From the NCBI GenBank assembly GCA_964234715.1, contig OZ174277.1: 64,000 bases of DNA, one strand, 5' to 3'. The notes under the pieces are model-generated. The model saw only the letters and a program-made list of their open reading frames with translations. It ran no database searches and was not told the DNA's origin. Shown one piece after another: positions 40,601 through 52,600 of the stretch. The position numbers and the translations under genes were made by a program. Positions within the stretch are counted from its first letter, which is position 1; each line of letters opens with the position of its first letter. Source of the stretch: Podarcis melisellensis. Its lineage: Eukaryota.

Positions 40601-43600
40601 ATATCTGGAGGGCCCCACGTTGACTATCCCTGACTTAAAAAAAACGCACAAGGTTATACACGCATAACGTTATGCAGGTAGTTTAAACAACTGCGTGCAC
40701 CTGCCTGAGAACCCTGCTATGATTAAGCTTCCAGGCAAATGTACACAGTCATGTGTTTATCATCCACCCTTTGCACGTTTGCTGTGGGAAATGCCCTGGG
40801 CTTACACACACAAAAAGCTGTTAGTGTGCCGCCGCCTTTAGTGTAATAAGTAGAGTGTTTTGATAAAGTAGCCATTTGTCTCAAAGCGTGTTGTATGTTC
40901 CCTGTGGCTTGACTGTAACAGACCCAACAGAATTGTATATACACCAATGGTAGCAGGATGTACAATGAAATGGTTCCATGGCTGTTTTCCTTGAACAACT
41001 TAGGGCGATTCAGAACTTGTAGCAAAAGATGACAACACGGATGTTGACAACAAAAATGATAAGAAATCTCCCAAAGACGAAGAAGAAGAGAATCAACCAG
41101 ATGGTGGTGAACCCAAAGAGAAAGTCCATGAGCAAATAGATGAGGTAATGAGAGCAAGTTTGCTGCAGAAAGCTACGTTTATATAACTACCGTTTATTTT
41201 AACTGAACTTGAGCAACATGCGTTTCCAAAGGGTTTTTATGTATTGCTATTTCCAAGAATAACACCTGCTCCTTCTTAAATAGTTTGTGGTCCCATTGTC
41301 TTTGTGGCTTTCATTCTTTTAAAGCCCTAAATGGCCTCGGCCCAGTATACCTGAAGTAGTGTCTCCACCCCCATTGTTCAACCCAGACACTGAGGTCCAG
41401 TGCCGAGGGCCTTCTGGCGGTTCCCTCACTGCAAGAAGCGAAGTTACAGGGAACCAGGCAGAGGGCCTTCTCGGTAGTGGCGCCCGCCCTGCAGAACACC
41501 CTCCCATCAGATGTAAAAAAACAACTACTATCTGATATTTAGAAGGGAACTCTGTTTAGGGAAGTTTTTAATGACTGATGTTTTAATGTATTTTTAATCT
41601 TTTGTTGGAAGCCGCTCAGAGTGGCTGGGGAAACCCAGCTAGATGGGTGGGGTATAAATAATAAATTATTATAAATTATTTATTAATTAATTAATTAATT
41701 AATTAACTGGTGCATATTTAAGGTCCCTAAACCTAATCTGCGGGTTACCACCTGATTGGATTTTATTCTGATCCTGATCCTGATCTGATTTTAGGATGTA
41801 TTTTAATTGATTGCCTGATTTTATGTTAATGTTAACATTTGATGTTAGCCACTCTGAGCCCGGTTTTGGCTGGGGAGTGCGGGGTATAAATAAATAAGAT
41901 TATTCTAGGAAACTAGGCCTCTTTAATGAAGTTTGGCATCCTTTCTGTTGGGGGTTCATCTAAAGATAACTTCAAGAGTTACTTTACTATGGCTCTCAAC
42001 AGGTTCCCTCCCTGCCCTCCCCCCCCAACTTCCTGCCTCCATTCCTTGTATGATGTGTCACTTCTTTCTGTTTAACAGCGTGAATATGATGAGAACGAGG
42101 TAGACCCTTATCATGGAAATCAAGAGAAACAGCCTGAAGCTGAGGCATTGGATCTTCCTCAGGACCTGAACCTAGAGAACGGAGAAAAAGATGACGAGGA
42201 CAAGGAAGAAGAAGGAGGTATGGCTCACAAGCTGTTCCTTTATCAGCAGATATAAAGAAAAGAAAATACTACGTAGTTGTGGTGCCTCTTGAGTGTCTAG
42301 CTTTAATTGGGGACTGGGTGGAGGTACAGAGCCTTAATCTGATTCCAGACAAGGGTCGTCCCTGTTGTTTGGGGAAAATAAGGATTGATGTCATAATTTT
42401 GATCATTTGTGCTTATAACCATTGGAAGTTTGTGAATTAATTGCTGCATCTGATTGTGTTTGCATTGAGGAGCACTCATGTGGTAGGGAGGCTGTTGCCT
42501 TTTCCACACAGGTTTGGAATAGGCTATGATTGTCTTCGAAACTTAGGAAGAATCTTTCCAGTTTTGTCCCACCTTCTGAGGTGCCTGGGCCATTTATATC
42601 AGTGTTGGTTTCCATAGCTCTCTAGTCTCAAGTATCTGTCATCTTCTGATCCTCTCCTATTCCAATCAGGGGCACACAGTTTGAAAGAGAGATTCTTATG
42701 ATATTGTTTAGTGGCCCCTAGGTCAATCTCATGCCTGTATTTGCAGGACTAAAACACTGTACAGTGTGGTAAGATGCACATCAGGGGCATAGACCAAGGA
42801 GCAGTGGACTAATTCTGGTTTCATGGGGCATATCTGCCATTTGCCTGTGTGTTTGCATGCATTCTTCGTATTTTAGGGTGTTCAGTACCACAAATGTTGA
42901 TATGTGTATATAACAAATCTTTCACCTATTTCAAATAAGTAGTGTATTGTTTGCATGATTGATACCATATAGAGAGTTGGGCATTGGAAATACATAATAT
43001 CAGCACTTCCATTCCTGCAGTACGTTGACATATTGACTATCTATGCTTGTACCAAGGGAAAGTTTCAGGTTAAATGTACCTTACCTTTTCTTTTTTAAGG
43101 ATTATCTAGGAATCTTAGTAAATCTTCCTCTCTGTTCCTACCTGCCCAGCAGTCGGTAGGAGAAAAAACTGAATTCTGCCTGCCTTCTGAAAGGTGTGTC
43201 TTTTGCGTTGCTTTAGGAGAAAATCCTTTTGAGATTGAGGAGAAGACGATGGATGTAGACAAAAAAGAAATTAAGGATTCTGAAGAGACGGGAGAGGATG
43301 GTCAGGATCCTGAGCAAGCTGAGAAAGAGTCCTCTGAAGATAAAGGTGAAGGAGAAGATAAAATGGAGGAAGAAGAAACAAAGGATGAGGAAAGCGCAGG
43401 GCATCCTGATGCAAATATGGAGGAAGAAGCAGAGGAGCCAACAGAAGACCTGAGTGAATCTCCTGAGAAAGAGGGAGAAAAGGGCATCCCTGACCAAGGC
43501 CTTAATCCTCAGGTTTTGCTTATTCTTTTATTAATAAAAAATAGTAAATGGCCTCCTTGAGTTCCCCTGCAAGGAGGCATGTGAAAAACACATCTTAGTC

Positions 43601-46600
43601 TCAGCACCTTAGTGTATGTAGAGATAGTATACAGTTTTAAGGCTAAAATTCCAGTAAATGGTAGTAGCAAATTGTGGTTTTCTTGGACAGCAAATAGATC
43701 TCCTGTAGTACAAAACCCTTTCTGGCCCTCCCTCCCATCACACCTGTCAAATGATCATACTGATGTCTTCATCTGAATTGCTTTAGAAAGAGGAAGCTAT
43801 CGATAACCCTGACAAGGACGAGGAGCTGCCTGATGCCGTTGAGAGAATGGAACATGAAAATTACGGGCAGGCAGGAGAGGAGAACCTGCAGAGCGACACG
43901 GCCGTGGAGCTGGCCGGAACTGCTTCTGAAAAGGACCAGGCGAAAGAGGTGAAGCGGGGAAAATCCCACAGTACCTTTTGTATTATGTGGAACATACTTT
44001 GGGGGAGGACTTCTAAAGCACTTAACTTTTAGGGTTGTCTCGCTGCTGCTGATTTTTCCTCTCTGGGTAAATACAATGCTTTTGGGGCACACAACTGTCT
44101 TCCTGCTCTCTCCCTGCCAATAAATCTCAGTAGCTGGACTGCTTAAGCCAGAAGCTAATTCTGTATGCTTAAATGGACGTAGGAGATGCTCATATATATG
44201 ACTGTAACACACAGGGCCAGCAGCCCCTGTTTTCTGCTGCTCGATTCCCTCAGTTGTTAATCGTGTGCACAAATCGCAGATCCCACTGGGGCAGTCTCAT
44301 ACTAAAGGAAAACAACATATGTGATGGCCGTATGCAATGAGCAGTCTGTGACCCTAAGTGCAAGCAGAGAGGCAGCATTTGTTGATTCACCCTTCCTTTT
44401 GCATCTGCCACGCTACCTTCCCAGGCTCTGGTGTGCAAGAGGTGTCCAAGAGTGCATTGACTCTTCCTGTCACTCAGGCCAGAGTCCTTTGACTAAACTT
44501 CATATAGTACAACTATCTACAGTGGTTCTTCGCCCAGGAACAGAGCTACTACCCCCTATATCAACTCCCACACTGTTCTGGAAGGTCCCCTGAATCTACA
44601 GCACTAATATTTGGGGTGCTGGGAACTGCAAGGCATGTGCATTGGGGAAAAGGAAATGGGCAGAAATAGCCTCTCCTCCCTTCTGTTACCTGCTGCTGTC
44701 CCCAAGGATTTTTTCCAACCCTGTGGTCGAAGCATATTGATCGTGTTTCACTAACTAGCCTTGGGGTTTTCTGCCGTGTCAGAATTTACACCCTGGCTGC
44801 TTCTTAGAAGCTCAGTCGGGTATGCTTCTGTGTTGTGAAGACACTGCATTATTCTCAGATGAGTGTGGAACTGTGTGTTCTACGTTTTAGCAGAAGACTT
44901 AACTTTGGTGGTTTGTCTGTCTTTCTTCAGGAACATGGAACTGGAGCTGCTGATGCAGATCAGTCAGAAGGACACGAGTCTGAGTTAATGGCACGACTGG
45001 CCAGTCGGAAACAGAGCAGGAAAAATACACAGGTCTTTTATTCTTTCATAGATTAAAGAAATTGTGAGCTAGCTTTTTTATATGACCTTTTCTGCACCTC
45101 CTGGACTAATGCCTGGATCAGAAATTATTCAGCAGCTGTAGTACATCCCAAATGCTCTTAAGCAGCTCCCAGCTGCTTTTTAAAATACATCTTTGGAGAG
45201 AGTACATTTAGAAATTCATATTTAAATGCAAATTTTCCCGCATTTTTTAAAAAGATGTTTATATTTCCCCCAGTATCAGAGGCTGCTAATGCACTCATGT
45301 TTTGCTTGTGGACTTTGAACAGGCACCTGACTGTCTGCTGTGAAAACAAAATGCTTACCTAGATAGGATTTTGGTTTGATACTGCAGGTTTGTTCTAGTG
45401 GGCAGTGTGATAAGTTACCGAGCTTCTGAGCCTTGACTTTGGTTTTTCCGAACCTCATTGAAATTTCATTGCTGTACTTGCCCATTTTTCAGAGTTTTAA
45501 GAGAAAGCCTGGCCAAGCCAACAATGAGCGCTCAACGGGGGATCACAGTCAACAAGTTCACAAGCGGCTGAAAACTGTTGAATCCAGCAGCAAAGCAGAA
45601 CAGGAGCAGGTTCAGCCAGAACGAAACATGGGAGAAGCTGATGCCTTTGAGCACATTAAGCAAGGCAGCGAAGCCTACGATGCACAGACCTATGGTATGC
45701 CAGGATTCGCACAGTGATGTCAGAGGGACAAACAATTTTAAATCCTTTGTACCACTAAACCTCCGCTTACAGGAAAATGAGCATGCATTCTTTATTGAAA
45801 TAAAAGCAATGAAACATGTTAGATTTGGTTTGCACAACTTAATGCTGGGGAAAGTATTTAGATGAGGAATTTTTCAAGGAACTTGTGTTTGCTTCTCTCT
45901 TATAGTTCGCTTTGCGTGGCTTCATTTTTAAACTTAATAGGCAGCCATGTTTTATTTCTCCCCATTAAATCAGTTGAAGCTTTAAAAACAAATCCCTAAG
46001 AAGGTATTTTCTAGCGTTCCAGTCTAGGCTGCAGTCCATTATCTCATGGTGACAACACACTTGGGGGTGGGGCTATTGCCCAAAGCTTTATTTTACAGTG
46101 GTAGGTAGCCTGGTTTAAGATAGCAGCTAAAGTGCTTTAAGTATCTCCTGCAACTGAAGTATCTCTTGCAATTAAATCCCAGCTAAATGCTACTGTGGTG
46201 AATCCTACTTGCAGTTTCTAAAACAAAGTATTTTCATGGTTTCTCTCAAATCCACCTGTTTCTTGAAGGATGTGTGCTTAGATTTTATGATTTGTAATGA
46301 AACCTCTTTCTGTCTGTCAGTGAGGTGTGTAACTTGCATTTTTCGAGACTGGAGCTAATCAGTTTGTCCTCAGTATGATGAAGTCCGAATCTATTGTACC
46401 TGTACATACCATGAGTGTTTTAGCACACATCAAGTGCAGATGTGTGGTAAAATCCACTTTTAACACTGAAAAGGGCAACCAAAGTTCAACACGTTAAGGA
46501 AGTGTAACCCAGGAGATTGTGGTTCACATAAATTCTTCATTCATCTCATCTCATTCACCTAGGTCCTAAGTCATAGCAAGGTGGGTAGGAGGCAGAGCTA

Positions 46601-49600
46601 TGAATGGGGAAATCCTCAGTTTGAAGTTTGCCTTTGCTATGACCTCACTAAGAGGCTTTAGGCACAATTCTCTCTCCCCCATCCCTCCCTTCTCCCCCTT
46701 AGCAATATGGGAATGGTGACATTGACCCTACCTGGAGGTTTTAAAGAGTGTAAGATAATGCAGGTGAAGTACTTTGAACACTCCCAAACGCTATGTAAAT
46801 TGCAATATTTATTTCACTCTCTGAATTGTTGTTTCCCCCACCCCCCCTTTCAAGTGCTTCAGGTGTCAAGTTAAAACTTTATAGATATTGATGACTGTTA
46901 GTTTGGTGATAGGGGAGAACAGCACAGAGTTGCAAGATTTTGGTTTGATTTTGGCTATGTTTCCACCAGATGTAGCTAGCGAAGAACAACAGAAAACAAC
47001 CATGCCTGTCACCGAAGACAATGAAGAACCAGTTTCTGAAGATGTAACTATGGAAACAGAAGCTCAGAAAGATGAGGATCTTAGAACGGTAGAGGCGGAG
47101 AAACTGAATCCAGAATTAAAGGCACCTAGTGCTGCTAAATCTGGTAAGTTGCCAGCTCATTATCTTTAAAAGAATTTTATTCTTCGGGAATAATTTCTTC
47201 ATTTCAATTGAAAACAGTCCTGTAGTGCCTTTGGGGCATACTATTTGCTCCCTGGCTCTGACTCACCCACCCTGCCCCTACTGCTCACATGTTGCGGGGA
47301 GCCAGGGTCTCCTACAAGGAGCCTGCTGTGCCATACATGATTTTAATCCTGTTACCATGCATGGGGAGTTTATGCATCTGCGGCAGGCAATCCACTTCAG
47401 ATGTTACTCCCAGGAGTGGCAGAGCCAGCAAGAGCAGCCTCTGTCTTCCCTTCACACCACTGTAACCAAGTGAAGGGCCAGTACCTGAAAAGAGTTAGTA
47501 TTATGTATTGAATTTATATACCGCCCTATACCCGGAGATTAGTAGTATGATTGCTAATGGCCCTGAAAATGTGTGAAGCAAGCATGTCATTTATTCAACG
47601 ATAGGACCCGAAGAAGTCGAATTGGACGGTCAAGCCCTCAATTCTGAAGAAGACGAAGAGCGTAGAACAGAAAAATCGCCACCAGAAGTAAAGCCGGACA
47701 GAGACAAAAACTCTACCATACATACTGCCCATCAGTTCTTGAGGGATACCTCCATCCAGGTAAACTACCAATTGTGCTATTCAATAAATAGGATGTGTTG
47801 ATTGATGTAAATCTCTCCAGGATACAGTGCTATTGTAATTTTAGTTTATCGCCAAATTAGTTTCTTGCTCTGAATCAATATTTAGGTTCCACTGAGGAAG
47901 GACCTCCTTATACATATGGTAGAGACTGGGATAGGGAGATCACATGACTGTGAAATACTAGAGAAGGGAAGGTATACATCTGATCTACATTACTTAAGCA
48001 GATTTCCCTCTACATCAAAGTAGATGGCTTTTTTTAAATGACAAGTTGAATCTCAGATCTTGTGGCCTCAAAATGCATGTGTAAGTGAGCTGCCTGTAGG
48101 TGGGACTGTCTATAATTGAGTCAACACTCTCAGCTTTGACAACACGGATCACTTATTTGGAGGGCTGGAAATCCTTGAGTTTGGGGGCACCATTCTCTCT
48201 GCAGAGATTCAGCTCTGGTAGCTTTGCATGCGCACAATCTGATCCAACTCAGTATATTCATGCAGAAACTTGCATCTGCATGGAGATTTCCCTCAATGGA
48301 TGGGGGGAATTTAGAAAATACCAGTCATGGAGATATTTGCAGCTGGATGTTTTCCTCCAGACCCCCAGCATACAAGGAGATATATCAGATTTGGGCTTGG
48401 TCATGTGGTTCAGAGATGAGATTAGTACAGTAATATGCTGTATGCACATAAATTTTCCCCAGGAGTAGAAAAGTAAATTTAGAATTTCTCCTTAATTGTT
48501 GCTATCCAGTGGTCCAGAACACTAAAAGTTCTCCTAAAAAGATCAGGATGTGTTTTTTTTTTTAAAAAAAAGTTTGCTTTTGGAGGTAGGTATGTATGTA
48601 TGTCGGGATTAAACCACAGAGCCTAGGACTTGCTGATCAGAAGGTCGGTGGTTCGAATCTCCGCGGCAGGGTGAGCTCCTGTTGCTCGGTCCCTGCTCCT
48701 GCCAACCTAGCTGTTCGAAAGCACGTCAAAGGTAGATAAATAGGTACCGCTCCAACGGGAAGGTAAACGGCGTTTCCATGCACTGCTCTGGTTCGCCAGA
48801 AGCGGCTTAGTCATGCTGGCCACATGACCCGGAAGCTGTACGCCGGCTCCCTCGGCCAATAAAGCAAGATGAGCACCGCAACGCCAGCCAGTCACGACAG
48901 GACCTAATGGTCAGGGGTCCCTTTACCTTACATGTATGTATGTATGTGGCAAGTATGTCATTCTAAAATACCTGTCCATATTGTTTGATTTAAATTTCAA
49001 TTTGTTGTTTTAAGTGCATTGTTAAGGATCCTGAAGAGCTAAGAAGAGAACTAGAGAAGCAACTGGAAATTTGGCAGAGTGGAAACGCTGCTGAGGTTAG
49101 TGAAATGTTTAGCCAAGCAATATACATTTGCATAATTCTTTTGGAAAGCTTTTTATTGAATATAAATGGAATATTAACACATTATTTCCAAAGCCATGTT
49201 AAATGTTGGGTTCTGGTACAGCTTAATCATTACAGAGCAAGGGGTGGAATTGTAGATACTGATAATCTTCTGCAATACATGGACGGCAATTATACACATA
49301 AAGACGCTTAGCAGTTGATCAGTTTATACCACAGAATGCTAAGACAAAGCTATACTCGAAAGTTCTAGCAAGAATTATTTAAAAAAGCATTGCTATAAAA
49401 GTATTTGCAACTGATATATCCTGAATTATTTAGGTTTTGTACTTGGGAAAGAGATCTATGTATAGAAAGGTTAATGCTCTGGGCTTTCAACTTTACTAAT
49501 AAAAATTCTATGGGGTTTTTTTTATCTTAATTTGCAGGAAAAGGCAGCAGCAGAGATGTGGCAGAGATATCTTCTCCTCACTGCACCACTTTCACAGCAG

Positions 49601-52600
49601 CTCTGTGAGCAGCTGAGACTCATACTGGAGCCAACTCAGGCAGCCAAACTGAAGTAAGTTGGGTCACTGTAAAAATAAAAGCAGAGCCCCCTATATACAC
49701 CGCGATTTGGCACCCAAGCCATCTTTCCAGCTACAACTGCTTTAGCCTATTGTTACTATAGGATGTATCATTCACTTTCCACTGGAGTCAATGGCAAGAA
49801 ATCAAAGCGATTCTAGACTGTTGCATTATGTGTGCTGTATAAATGTGTTTGTTAAGTCATTCGTTTTACAAAGTACTTTGAAAGTTAAAGCGCTGTAGGT
49901 TTTGATTTGACACAGGCCACTATTTCCAGAGGTGTAGCCATATTCGTCTGTTGCAAAAACAAGACCGTTGTATCACTTTAAAAACTTAACACATTTATTA
50001 TAGTAAAAGCTTTTTGTGGACAAAAGTCCACTTCATCAGAGGTACATGTGTGTAGTTTGCATGTATGCATGAAGGAAAGTATGTAGTAGGAATGGGGAGC
50101 CAGTGTTCAAATGTCGTTGGACTACAATTCCCATTATGTCTGACCATTGGCCATGCTGCCTGAGGCTGATGGGAGTTGTAGTCCAACCATGTCTGGCAGG
50201 CTACCATCCCTCATTGATATGGTTTGACCTGGACATTTCTCCGGATCAAACTGTATCATGAACAAAAGAGCTCCTTTCATTCACAGGGATGGCTGGTTTC
50301 CAGTGTTGGAGGAAAGAGGAAAGGAGCATATTTTTGCCAATTTCTCCTGCATCTGCCCATGCTGCTTCTCCTGCTGCTCTGGGGAGTCATTCAACCTCCT
50401 AGAGCAGCTTTGGAGAGGGTGGAGGAGGAATTATTGGCAGAAAATCACCTTCCTGCCTTCCAACACAAGTGGATTTCCACGCAGGTTTAGTAGCAAGTTC
50501 CAAATTAAAGATTCCAGAGAAGCTTATTTTCCCCCCTGAAAGGAAACATGTCCAGCCCTTGTAGGCATTGCCTGCTGAAATCTCAGAGGGGAAATTTGGT
50601 GCCTTTGACCCACCCATGTGAAACCGAAATAAATTATGCAAAATAAGAAGCAATGTGCAAATAGGCCTGGCTCCTCTAAATATCAGGACAGTTACATAGG
50701 TGTGCAAGTAATGAATCTTGATGCCCGAAAAAGCTGTCTTATTTTTGGCTATTCGTTATCTACCAGTTCATGTAAAATGCTTTCTCTGAAATGTATATCC
50801 CGCCAAGTTGTTTTTTCCTCCCCCAGCAACTGTGTTACTGTTAATATTGTGCCTTTTCTTCTTAACTACCAGAGGTGATTATCGAACAGGAAAAAGGCTG
50901 AACATGCGCAAAGTAATTCCATATGTTGCAAGCCAGTTCCGAAAAGATAAAATTTGGTTACGGAGGACCAAACCCAGCAAAAGGCAGTATCAGATCTGCT
51001 TGGCCCTTGATGACTCTGCCAGTATGGTAGACAACCATTCTAAGCAGGTAAAACAGAAATTGTGAAGAAGCCAACTTAAAAGTCTTATATGAATGAATTC
51101 AATATTCATCTTTCATGCATCAGACTTGCAGTTAACTATACAGGAGGCATTTCCCCACCTCATTGCTGTTCTTCTTCCTTCTCTTTCGTCAGCATGGCTG
51201 CTACTGTTTGCTTCCCTCTGTCTGTCACCATGGGGTTTACTTAACACCAGATGCTCATTCAACAAGCTCAGGGATAGCGACAGGGATATAGGAGGGTGAT
51301 CATATGGCTGTGATGGATGAGCATGCATTTCTTTCCCTGCAGCAGGGGGTTTAGCAATGGGGAAAGTTTCACCTGGGGGGAAAGTTACAAGCAAGTGCAG
51401 ATTGCATTGCAGGGGTATATCATTCCATTTTCTAATTCCTTTGCTTCTCTGATAGTATCACATATCACAGTGCATTTTTGGTCCATGACAAATGCATGAA
51501 ACAGTTTTAGAATTTTGCAGTTCGTTAACTTCTGTGGTGAATTCTATGTACTTCACGTAGATATACAACAGACTCAAACTTTTATTTGTTTTCTATAGCT
51601 TGCTTATGAATCCCTGGCAGTGATTGGAAATGCTTTGTCTCTCTTAGAAGTGGGACAAATTGCTGTGTGCAGGTAAGGCTATTTTAAAGCCAGAGTTGTC
51701 GTCATAGAAATCTTTTTACTGCTGCTCACTGTACTGTTTTAAAACGTTTCATTTTATTTCAGTTTTGGAGAGGCTGTTCAGCTGCTACACCCATTCCACG
51801 AACAATTCAATGACCAATCGGGAACGAGAATACTCCAGCTGTGCAAATTTGAACAAAAGAAAACTAAAATAGCTCAGGTATCTCTCATCTTGGATGAGTG
51901 GGGCTGCCTTTTTTCATTAAAAGTTCCTAATGTTGTATTTAAATAACTTTTGTGCCAGGCTAAGGGTGTTCTTAGGTTAGTTCTTTTACTTTTCTGTCCA
52001 GTTTGTCCATAGAATGTTACAAGAAGAAAATGGTCTTGTCTCTGCACTAGCCTGGTATATTGCTTGTAACAAAAAAGAATGGTGCAGTCTTGTGTTTACT
52101 GCAGCCTCTTCAAAACAGCCAAGGAAATAATGTGGCTGCCGTAATAATTTTAAGTCTATTTTGAGTTCACAACCTTAGGCTGCAGTTCTCAACTTGCGTT
52201 CCCATTCATTTCTGAAGAACAATTGTCTTAGAAAAGAAATTGTTAGCTCACAGCTGATGCACATATATTCTCTCGCTTATCTACAGTTCCTAGAATCCTC
52301 AACAAATATGTTTGCTGCAGCACAGCAGTTCTCTCAAAGCATTAATCCAGGTGAGTTCTCCTCTCCTTTGTTGTATACAAACAAGTTAGGCATGGTAGTT
52401 GAAATAGTTCTTCATTGGATTTATCAGGAGTGTGGCTCTCTTGGCAGAATGCTGAATACACAAATGGCAATTGTTAGTAAATCAGGCTGAAATCCTAGCC
52501 CAACGTATGTGGGGAGTAAGCCCTGTTTTGGGGTAGGACTTGCTTGTGACAAGACATGATTGGGCTAGCTTTGTGAGCTCTTCTCAGCTTAATATTTTAA

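Noticed and set aside
39718-43497. Ser-, Leu/Phe- or His-rich minus-strand ORFs
   Set aside because: Antisense shadows of MDN1 D/E-rich exons.
46370-46475. Possible C/D box snoRNA (ATGATGA..CTGA, about 95 nt)
   Set aside because: No independent terminal stem or clear D'/C' boxes, and it is far from the 3' splice site; compatible with chance.
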